From Eledone cirrhosa (taxonomy: Eukaryota), in contig OZ024743.1 in assembly GCA_964016885.1 (NCBI GenBank), positions 23,932,001-23,996,000 on the forward strand: a DNA stretch of 64,000 nt. The letters run 5' to 3'. Positions 1 to 9,014 of the stretch are shown piece after piece. Each line of letters starts with the position of its first letter. Positions within the stretch are counted from its first letter, which is position 1. Under the pieces are notes generated by a model. The model was given only the letters and a program-made list of their open reading frames with translations. It ran no database searches and had not been told where the DNA came from. Both the position numbers and the translations under genes were made by a program.

Positions 1-1707
1 TGTAGGGTGCTTCTGGACCGTCTGCTGACACACATTGCAGATTGTGTCCTTCCTGAAAGTCAATCTGGTTTTCGTGTTGGACGCGGCACTACTGATATGA
101 TCTTCTCAGCTAGACAGCTCCAGGAGAAGTGCATTGAACAGGGCTTGGATCTGTATCAGGTTTTTGTCGATCTGACAAAGGCTTTCGATACTGTCAACAG
201 AGATGCATTATGGAAGGTTCTCCAGAAACTTGGTTGCCCTGATAAGTTCCTTGCTTTAGTTAGGTCTTTCCATGACGACATGAAGGCTTGGGTTAATGTC
301 GGAGGTAACATGTCGGAGCCTATCTCAGTAAAAAATGGAGTGAAACAGGGGGATATTCCAGCACCGACCCTGTTTGCCATATACTTTGCAATGGTTTTCT
401 GTATTGCATTCAGGAATTGCGAGCATGGTGTTTACATCCGATATCGAACCTCAGGCAGCATATTTAACATCAGGCGCTTTGCTGCGAAGACAAAAGTGTT
501 TACATCAGTCATAAGAGACCTCTTGTATGCAGATGATTGCGATCTTGTAGCGCACACAGAGAGTGATATGCAGCACATTTTGAATGTATTTTCTGACGCT
601 TGCACTGCCCTGGGTTTGACTGTCAGTCTCAAGAAAACCGTCGTCATGTACCAACCTGCACCTGGTAGGCAGTACACTGAACCAAACATCTATGTGTATG
701 GCAAACGACTTGGAGTGGTTGATCAGTTTGTCTACCTGGGAAGCACTGTCAATCGATACGGCAACCTTGACAGTGAAATCTCACTTAGGATTAGGAAAGC
801 AAGTGATGCTTTCGGAAAGCTAGAAAGGCGACTCTGGGGTCGGCGAGACATATGCAGGAGGACAAAGGTAAGGGTGTACAGGGCATGTGTACTCTCTTGT
901 CTTCTTTATGCCTGCGAGACCTGGGTCACATATCGACGCCACCTTAAGCAATTGGAGCGTTTCCATCAGATGTGTCTCAGACGGATACATGGCGTTCGCT
1001 GGAGGGACCACATCAGTGATGTCGAGATTTTGGAAAGCTCTATGTGTGACAGTATAGAAGCTCTTGTGCTTAAGCAGCGACTCCGTTGGAGTGGTCACCT
1101 TGCCAGGATGAAGGATTCTAGAATACCAAAACAACTCTTCTATGGAGAGTTGGTTAAAGGAAAACGACCGCCACATAAACCAAAAAAGAGGTATAAGGAT
1201 TCCTTGAAGGCCTCTCTGAAAGACGCTAACATCTCTGCTGATACATGGGAAAATATTGCTGCTGATCGTAATAAATGGAGAAAGACTGTATATGAGGGAA
1301 AAGTTGCCTTTGAGGCATCTCGAATCGCACACGAGAAAGTAAAGCGGGACGTGAGGAAGGGTATTGCTGTTGCACTTCCAGACGGCGAGGGTCCTCCTAT
1401 GTTTCTGACATGCAGCGTCTGTGCGAGACTCTGCCTAAGCAAAGCTGGACTCGAAAGTCATCTTCGCAGTCATAAAGTAAGACCAGTGGTTGACTACCAG
1501 GCTGCTGTTGGAGATGCTACTCATCATGCTTGCCAAACATGTGGTAGAGAATGTAAATCAGCAGGAGGACTCAAGCGACATGCAAAAGTACACGAACTCC
1601 AACCACAGCCGACTATTCCCAGTAAATGTTTTGGTTGCCGACTCTGTGCAAGACATTTTGGATCATTGGCTGGGCTAAAAAGCCACATTCGATCGCAGCA
1701 CTGTTAG
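1..1707 (+). CDS. RTE-clade (BovB-like) LINE ORF, 5'-partial: RT domain plus three C-terminal C2H2 zinc fingers
   Basis: Frame is open from base 1. RT motifs QSGFR, FVDLTKAFD, GVKQG, LYADD, FVYLG, LRWSGH. The C-terminus has CSVC..HLRSH, CQTC..HAKVH and CRLC..HIRSQH. Confidence 0.92.
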   Translation, partial: CRVLLDRLLTHIADCVLPESQSGFRVGRGTTDMIFSARQLQEKCIEQGLDLYQVFVDLTKAFDTVNRDALWKVLQKLGCPDKFLALVRSFHDDMKAWVNVGGNMSEPISVKNGVKQGDIPAPTLFAIYFAMVFCIAFRNCEHGVYIRYRTSGSIFNIRRFAAKTKVFTSVIRDLLYADDCDLVAHTESDMQHILNVFSDACTALGLTVSLKKTVVMYQPAPGRQYTEPNIYVYGKRLGVVDQFVYLGSTVNRYGNLDSEISLRIRKASDAFGKLERRLWGRRDICRRTKVRVYRACVLSCLLYACETWVTYRRHLKQLERFHQMCLRRIHGVRWRDHISDVEILESSMCDSIEALVLKQRLRWSGHLARMKDSRIPKQLFYGELVKGKRPPHKPKKRYKDSLKASLKDANISADTWENIAADRNKWRKTVYEGKVAFEASRIAHEKVKRDVRKGIAVALPDGEGPPMFLTCSVCARLCLSKAGLESHLRSHKVRPVVDYQAAVGDATHHACQTCGRECKSAGGLKRHAKVHELQPQPTIPSKCFGCRLCARHFGSLAGLKSHIRSQHC

Positions 1708-1715
1708 TTGCTATC

Positions 1716-1753
<38 letters not shown>

Positions 1754-1852
1754 GCTTATGTGCGTGCGTGTGTGTGTATATATATATGAATATGTATATT
1801 ATTATTGTTGTTGTCGTTATTATTATTATTGCTATTATTATTATTATTATTA

Positions 1853-1902
<50 letters not shown>

Positions 1903-1995
1903 TTTTTTTTTTTTTTTTTTTTTTTTTATTGTGCAATGGCCATACTCGATAACGAGGGGGCAGCCATCATGTATGTATGTATGTATGTATGTATA
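1..1995 (+). mobile_element. BovB-like RTE LINE, 3' part with 3' UTR and (ATGT)n tail
   Basis: The ORF is followed by a microsatellite-rich UTR and a terminal motif GGCCATACTCGATAACGAGGGGGCAGCCATC(ATGT)n. The same motif recurs at about 37262-37320. Confidence 0.85.
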
Positions 1996-2138
1996 TGTAT
2001 GTGTGTATGTATGTACTTGTATGTATATATATATATATGTATGTGTATATATATATGGATATATATGTATGTGTATATGTATGTATATGTGTGTATGTGT
2101 CTGTATGTGTTTGTGTACATATATGTATATATGTATGT

Positions 2139-5100
2139 CATCATCATCATCATCATCACCGTTTTACGTCCGTTCTTCCACGCTAGCATGGGTTAGACGG
2201 GTTGTCCTGTTGTGGGCAGTGTCTGGTCGGCTGACCATGCCTTGCTCATACAGGAACTGATCTGGCTTGATTTCTACAGCTGGATGCCCTTCCTAACACC
2301 AACCTCATTTACAGTGAGTGCTGGGTGCTTTTTCGTGGCGCCTACACGTCCACTTTACAGTGTGGGCTGGGTGCTTTTTTGCCGTGGCACCTCCACGACC
2401 ACCTTGCGGTGGGGGGAGTGGGGGCATATTGTTTATATGCTTCAGCATGTACCCATGGGAGGTCGGGTACCCTGTATTACTGCGTGACGCCAGAAGTCAC
2501 GGTCGTGTGTCATTGTCTTTGAGAGGTGTAGTTGGGTAAGGTCGGCTTTTATCACCTCATCCCAAGTCATCTTGGGTCTCCCCACTCCGCGGTTTCCATC
2601 AACTTCTAGTGCTCTGCACCTTTTTATGCAGCTGTCATCCTTCATACGCATCACATGTCCATACCAGCGTAACCGCCTCTCCTGCACGCAGCATTTGATT
2701 CCTCTTATGCTCAGTCTCTCTCTCAATTCCTTTATGCTTTGTCGTTCACGTATATTACTGTTACACATCCATCGGAGCATGCAGGCTTCGTTTCTCTCTA
2801 ATCTACGTAAGTCTTCCACCTTCAGCGCCCAGGTCTCACTACCATGCAACATCGCTGTTCGGATACACGCATCATACAGTCTGCCTTTCATTCTGAGGGA
2901 GAAGCCTTTTGCAGCTAGCAGTGGTAGTAGTTCCCTAAATTTCTTCCATCCCGTTCTTACCCTAGTTATTGTACTTTCTGAGCACCCACCTCCGTTGCTA
3001 ATTCGGTCACCTAGGTAGCAGAAGCTGTCTACTGTTTCTACAGGGCCCTCCCAGAGATTGGTGGTACTTGTTTCCTGTGGCTGTTTGCTTGCTGTTTCAG
3101 CACAGCTGCTGCATGTGAATCCTACATTCTTAATTAAGCTTCCTGAGATCCCGCTACATCTCTTGTGTACCCATTGTTTGCATTTGGGGCAGAGAATGGA
3201 GTTCCTACCTACACCTTTCCTACATACTGAGCAAGGCCATTTCCCTGAGGGGATCTGGGTTCTGTTTTCTCGTCTACTTACAAGGACCTTAGTCTTTGTC
3301 ATGTTGACTTTGAGGCCCTTTCTCTCTAGTCCCTGCTTCCAGGTTTGGAATTTATTCTCTAGTTCTACCATAGATTCAGCTATGAGTGCGAGGTCATCAG
3401 CATACAGGAGTTCCCATGGGCATCCGGTCTTAAACTCCTCCGTTATTGCCTGCAAGACTATGATGAACAGGAGAGGGCTAAGAACAGAGCCCTGGTGGAC
3501 CCCAACCTGTACGCTAAATTCCTCGCTATACTCATTGCTAATCCTAACTTTGCTGACTGCTCCCCTATACATGGCTTGTACCGCTTTCACAAGCCATTCA
3601 TCTACTCCTAGTTTTCTAAGAGCCCACCAGATTACTGCACGTGGAACTCTGTCAAAGGCTTTCTCAAGGTCGACGAATGCCAAGTAGAGTGGCTTACTTT
3701 TAGCTAGGTACTTTTCCTGTAATTGCCTCACAAGGAAGAGGGCATCAGTGGTGCCTCTCCCTGGTACAAACCCAAATTGCATCTCGTCTATATTCACCCG
3801 GTCCCTAATCAGCTGTGCTATAACTCTTTCTGTTACTTTCATGACCTGGTCCATCAACTTTATACCTCTATAGTTTCCTCTATCTAGTGCATCGCCTTTA
3901 CCTTTGTAGCAGTTGACAATGATGTTACTGCACCAATCTTTTGGTATGGCCCCTTCTAGTATTACCTGGTTAACAATACGTGTGGTTATAGTGTGACCTA
4001 CAGACCCAGATGCCTTCAGCATCTCGGCAGCTATACCCGATGGACCGGTTGCCTTCCCCATCTTCATATCTCTGATTGCCTTACTTACTACGCTGCCGCT
4101 GACTTGTACTGCTGGTCCCTCTATAGGGTCTACATGGGGTAGAGTCTCTTCTTCCCATGCATTCTCCTCATTTAGTAATCTATCATAATGACTCTTCCAT
4201 GCATCTTTCTTCTCAGCACTTGTGAGGGCAAGCTCACCTTTATCATTCCGGATACACTTCTCTCCAATGACATCACAACTATCTCTGACACACTGCCTCG
4301 CAATCTTGAATACCTCCTGTTTCTGGTCCTCGCGTTGTAAAACATGCTTGAATTTTCTATCCTCTGCTTCCCTCCTAGCTAAGTATACTTGTCGCCTAGC
4401 TTCCCTCTTGGTCTCTATGTAATGTACCCTGCTCCCCCCGTTCTTCCATTCTTTCCATGCCTGTCTCTTGGCCTCGACTGCTTCATCTACCTTATTGTTC
4501 CACCACCAAGTCACTCTCCTCCTGCTTGAGGTCTTACTCCAGCCACAAACCTCATCCGTCGCCTCTAGTAAGTTATTTTTTAGGAACTCCCAGTTCTCTT
4601 CTACGTTAAATGTCTCTATCTGTTCTTCTTTACTGTCGTAGGCGTTGAGTAAAATATCTTTAAATCTGTTACTGGTTGAGGGGACTTTCAGCTTCCAGAT
4701 CTTTCTTCTCCAGGTTGGCCTCTGTTTCAGGGCTCGTCTAGTTCTGACTGTGAGGTTGCTGACAACTAAGCTATGTTGGGATGTACATTCCTCACTAGGG
4801 AAGGCTTTTGTGTTTACGACCGTCCATCTGTCACGTCCTCTGATGAGGATAAAATCTAACTGACTAGAGTGCTCCCCTGATCTATAGGTGATCAGGTGGT
4901 TGTCGGGTTTTTTAAAGTTTGTGTTACATATCGACATGTCATTGGCGTCGCAGAATTCTAGAAGTCTGAATCCTTCCTCATTCCTTGTGCCAACTCCATG
5001 GCCTCCATGTACTCTATTGAAGCCGTCACAGTGTTTACCTACGTGTCCGTTAAAATCTCCTGCAATGATTAGGAAGTCCTTGTCGTCTGTTAGAGCAGTA

Positions 5101-5858
5101 GTGTGTATTAGGGACTCGTAAAACCTATCCTTAAGTTCGTCTGGCAGCCCCGATTGGGGTGCGTAAGCTGATATTATTGTGGTAATTGTCTTATTCAGGA
5201 CTAGTCTGAGTTTAATGATTCTTGCATTTACCCTGTACACTGAGATTACTTTATCTACCCACTTGTCAGCTAGTAGTATACCTACACCACCCATCCCATC
5301 GTCATTTCCCACCCAGAAAAATTTGTAGCACTGGCTTTTTCCTACAAGGACTCTAGCAGACCTTCCTCTCCATCTAGTCTCTTGCACACAGCATACATCA
5401 ACTTCCTTTCGCTCTAGCATTTCTACGATTTCTCCTGCTCTTCCTTTCATTGAGCCTACATTGATGGTACCAACTCGGAGTTTTGGGCATTTGTCGATAC
5501 TCGTAGGGGAGGGTCTCTGGGTTGGCGCTTCACGTGGGTGCTTGGTAGCTCGCAGATTCATATTTCATCTATTGATTCAGAGTTGCTCAAATGTATTCTC
5601 AGCTCATCCATCCATAACGGTGGGAAAATTGAGGGCTAGAAGAACAGTGGTGGTGGGGTAATGGCAGGGTGTGTTGGGATGCGCCAGAGGAGGAGAGAGT
5701 TAGTTAGTCAGGTAGTAGCAGCAGCAGTGGAAATGGCATGCTAGGTTTGATTGGTCGAATAGACTATGGTGGTTGGTGGGGGGGAGGGAACTTGTGAGGT
5801 AGGAAGTGAGGGTCGCATGGTAAATAACTGAGAGAGATACAATAGAATTAGAATACCG
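2139..5858 (-). mobile_element. Apparently full-length RTE LINE (family A, PHD-containing)
   Basis: Single APE-RT ORF, about 300 bp 5' UTR, about 300 bp 3' UTR and a (GAT)n tail. Candidate TSD TATGTATGT at 2130-2138 and 5859-5867, weak because it lies in microsatellite. Confidence 0.9.
2442..5561 (-). CDS. RTE ORF, 1039 aa: APE endonuclease + RT with internal PHD finger
   Basis: APE motifs GTINV, VQETRW, SAYAPQ, GDFNGH, QLDFIL, SQH. RT motifs QFGFVPGRGTTDA, FVDLEKAFD, GVHQGSVLSP, LYADD, FCYLG. No stops. Confidence 0.95.
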   Translation of the reverse strand: MNLRATKHPREAPTQRPSPTSIDKCPKLRVGTINVGSMKGRAGEIVEMLERKEVDVCCVQETRWRGRSARVLVGKSQCYKFFWVGNDDGMGGVGILLADKWVDKVISVYRVNARIIKLRLVLNKTITTIISAYAPQSGLPDELKDRFYESLIHTTALTDDKDFLIIAGDFNGHVGKHCDGFNRVHGGHGVGTRNEEGFRLLEFCDANDMSICNTNFKKPDNHLITYRSGEHSSQLDFILIRGRDRWTVVNTKAFPSEECTSQHSLVVSNLTVRTRRALKQRPTWRRKIWKLKVPSTSNRFKDILLNAYDSKEEQIETFNVEENWEFLKNNLLEATDEVCGWSKTSSRRRVTWWWNNKVDEAVEAKRQAWKEWKNGGSRVHYIETKREARRQVYLARREAEDRKFKHVLQREDQKQEVFKIARQCVRDSCDVIGEKCIRNDKGELALTSAEKKDAWKSHYDRLLNEENAWEEETLPHVDPIEGPAVQVSGSVVSKAIRDMKMGKATGPSGIAAEMLKASGSVGHTITTRIVNQVILEGAIPKDWCSNIIVNCYKGKGDALDRGNYRGIKLMDQVMKVTERVIAQLIRDRVNIDEMQFGFVPGRGTTDALFLVRQLQEKYLAKSKPLYLAFVDLEKAFDRVPRAVIWWALRKLGVDEWLVKAVQAMYRGAVSKVRISNEYSEEFSVQVGVHQGSVLSPLLFIIVLQAITEEFKTGCPWELLYADDLALIAESMVELENKFQTWKQGLERKGLKVNMTKTKVLVSRRENRTQIPSGKWPCSVCRKGVGRNSILCPKCKQWVHKRCSGISGSLIKNVGFTCSSCAETASKQPQETSTTNLWEGPVETVDSFCYLGDRISNGGGCSESTITRVRTGWKKFRELLPLLAAKGFSLRMKGRLYDACIRTAMLHGSETWALKVEDLRRLERNEACMLRWMCNSNIRERQSIKELRERLSIRGIKCCVQERRLRWYGHVMRMKDDSCIKRCRALEVDGNRGVGRPKMTWDEVIKADLTQLHLSKTMTHDRDFWRHAVIQGTRPPMGTC

Positions 5859-5866
5859 TATGTATG

Positions 5867-5937
<71 letters not shown>

Positions 5938-6330
5938 GTATGCCTCTCTCTATATATGTATATTTATATATATGTGTGTGTGTGTATGCATGTATGTGTG
6001 AACGGAGGTATATATACGGACATGTATATGTGTGTGTGTGTGTGTGTGTGTATACACGTGTGTGTATGTGTGCGTGTATGTGTATATATGTATATTTAGT
6101 TATGTATCTTTATGTGTGTATATGTATGTATGTGTATGTATGTATATGTATGTATATATCATCATTTCATTTTACGTCCGCTTTTTCCCTGCTTGCAAGG
6201 GTGGGACGGGAACTGATGCTGGCTTGATTTCTACAGCTGGATGCCCTTCCTAACACCAACCTCATTTACAGTGAGTGCTGGGTGCTTTTTTGCTGTGGCA
6301 CCTCCACAACCACTTTATAGTGGAATGATA

Positions 6331-6493
6331 AGGACCTCAGTCCCTATCATCTCATTTCTACAGCTGAGTAAACTGGAGCAATGTGAAATAAAGTGTCTTG
6401 CTCAAGGAAACAACACATCACCCGGTCTGAGAATTGAACTCACAACCTTTCGATTGCAAGGCCAATGCTCTAACCACTAAGCCATGTGCCTCC
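6331..6493 (-). mobile_element. tRNA-derived SINE (family 1); further copies at about 56050-56337 and 62005-62165 (-)
   Basis: Minus strand reads GGAGGCACATGGCTTAGTGGTTAGAGC (A box) ... GAGTTCAATTC (B box), then TCCTTGAGCAAGACACTT...CTCAGCTG. Three similar copies in the window. Confidence 0.8.
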
Positions 6494-6496
6494 ATG

Positions 6497-6533
<37 letters not shown>

Positions 6534-6568
6534 ATATATGTATATATATGTGTATGTGTGTGTATGTG

Positions 6569-6623
<55 letters not shown>

Positions 6624-6785
6624 GTGACCTTTCTCCGAACTTTACACACCTTCCCACACTTGGTCTTTCCTTCCACGCATTACCTCTGTTTGATTTTGTT
6701 ACTGTACCTTTTTTTTTCCGTATCGCTATATGTCTCTCCACCACTCCCCTACACACCCTTTGAACTCTGTTCCCACACACTTCCC

Positions 6786-6817
6786 ACCTGAGGAAGGGCT
6801 TATGCCCGAAACGTCGT
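6786..6817 (+). ncRNA. Minimal type I hammerhead ribozyme motif in a Penelope-like terminal remnant (about 6623-6910)
   Basis: AC-CTGAGGA-A-GGGC ttat GCCC-GAAA-CG-TC-GT: CUGANGA core, 4-bp stem II, GAAA, GUC triplet. Stem I is only about 2 bp. Confidence 0.65.
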
Positions 6818-7703
6818 CCCCCACCAATACCCCACTCTCCAGAGCGTGAAATTAATAAACATTTGTTGTACTGCCTCTCTGTTTTGTCCCTGTTCAAATT
6901 TTTCCATTATATATATATATATATATACCCATGTGGAGGTATGAGTACATATTCGTGTGTGTACGTATGTGTATATGTGTTTTTATATGTGTCTCTATAT
7001 GTTTTTGTGTATGTATGTGGATGTATTTGTACATGGGTGTGTGATTGATGGTGTGTGCCTATATATTCCTACATATGCCTGTGTGTGTATGTATGTATAT
7101 ACGCACATATGTGTGTGTTGAACAAAGGACTAATTTTGGGATGGACGTAGAAAAATTCTTCAGAAAAAAATGAAAAAAATAATTATTTACAAACTTGGCA
7201 GGTGCGATTTGCCTGTGACCATTCTCAACACAAAAGGAATACTAAAAGCTTTTTCCCCTGAATAAAGGAATTTTTCGAGAATGACCGGGGCAGGCCGCAC
7301 TTGCTACATTTCTCCCTACCCAACCCTACTCACCGTCTCAACTCATTACTGCTATTAACACTTTTTCAACACACCTACACCCATACACTTATTAAATGGG
7401 GAGAAAAGAAACCCCCACCACACCACAGACATGTTAAATCCCTATATATAGAACAACACACCGCATACACATCAGTTTGACAAGCGCACCTCAGCGTGAA
7501 AGGTCGTTCTAAAAACGAAACAATACCTCCTACGTTAACCAAGAACTCCTAAGACCTAACCAACAACCAACAACTTAATTTATAAAATAATTTTTTTTAA
7601 GAAAAAAATTTTTTCTAATCCGGAAGAAAATTCTTTTTGGATTTTGTGAAGAAAATAAATTTGTTGAAAGCACAAGTGAAGCCATTTTTTCTTCCCCCCT
7701 GTC

Positions 7704-7774
<71 letters not shown>

Positions 7775-7938
7775 TCATCATCATATTCGTTTAACGTCCA
7801 TTTTCCACACTAGCATGGGTTAGATGGATATATATATATATATATATATATAGTAATAATAATAAATGTGAAGACTAAAATCCAAAGAGAGTTCGATAAG
7901 GATAAATATATATCAAATATATAAGAAACCTAGAGCAA

Positions 7939-8152
7939 ATATTTATTAAAATAACAGATTAAAGTTTAAGCAAAGAATCACTGCTTTCACCCTTAACCAA
8001 AGTATCGTCTTCTTGTTTTCCTTCGGTTGCAACGTTTTTCGAAATATTTACTTCTGCATTCACAGATTGATTTTTTTAGTTTCAGAAGATCCCGTTAAGA
8101 GTGAAAGCAGCGATTCTTTGCTTAAACTTTAATCTGTTATTTTAATAAATAT
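7939..8152. repeat. Element with about 59-bp inverted repeats next to (TA)n; related copy at 21305-21426
   Basis: 7939-7997 ATATTTATTAAAATAACAGATTAAAGTTTAAGCAAAGAATC.CTGCTTTCAC.CTTAAC is the reverse complement of about 8094-8152, with 2 mismatches. Confidence 0.85.
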
Positions 8153-8156
8153 ATAT

Positions 8157-8196
<40 letters not shown>

Positions 8197-9014
8197 TGTC
8201 ATAATCATTGTTATTATGGCTCACAACCAATGTAGGTTTAGATGGGCTGCTGTGAGGCTGCTTCTCATAGGAGGTTTATTGGGTGTCTTAATGATGGGAG
8301 CCTCATCACCTCTTATTTATCTCTCCGTCACTGCCCCCCCCTCAACTCTTTTGACCAGACTATCCACACACATATATATATCTACTATATATCCTCTCAC
8401 CCCATACACTATCAGCCACCCCTCTCCTTACTCAATACTTGCCACATCACCACATATATATATAACTTCATGCCTATTTCCCTCCTCTATTGCTACCCTC
8501 CCTAGAACAGAAGAGGCTCTTTAGTTGGGACTATAACCAACAACCTCTCTAGTAATGATGCCATGAAAATGCATCTGTACACCCCATAAGGTGGTTGGTG
8601 ACAGGAAGAGCACCCTGCTGTAGAAACCATACCAACAAAGGGTTGTGAGGACCCTTCAGTTATGTCAAGGACATAGCAACCTCCCTAGTGTTGATGATCT
8701 ACACAATAAAAGCACCCAGTACATGCTGTAAAGTCATTGGTGTTAAGACGGGCATCCAGCCATAGAAAGCTTACCAAACAAAAGGTTTGGAGGACCCTTC
8801 AATTGTATCAAAAACATGACAATCTCTCTAGTGCTGGTGCCATGGTAAAATGCACTTGGTAGAATGTGGAACCGTATGTAAGCAAGGTGTGATCCCCAGC
8901 CTGTCTGGGAGGTCAATGACCCCACGTCAGTACAGACCTGGTCAGTGAACCCTGCCCAAATCTTGTTAGGGAAAGTGGATGTTATATGATGATAATGAAC
9001 ATTTTTTTAGATTA

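Noticed and set aside
1626-2260. Poly-Y/I/L/H and CVCV-type ORFs, here and throughout the window
   Set aside because: They are translations of (TA)n, (TG)n, (TTA)n and (CAT)n microsatellites.
2572-5121. Long + strand ORFs opposite the RTE ORF, recurring in sibling copies
   Set aside because: Antisense shadows of a coding frame. They recur only because the copies are near-identical.
7140-7700. Possible Penelope 3' end with a hammerhead-like string at about 7495-7522
   Set aside because: Too degenerate and homopolymer-rich (possibly low-quality sequence); the core is not intact.
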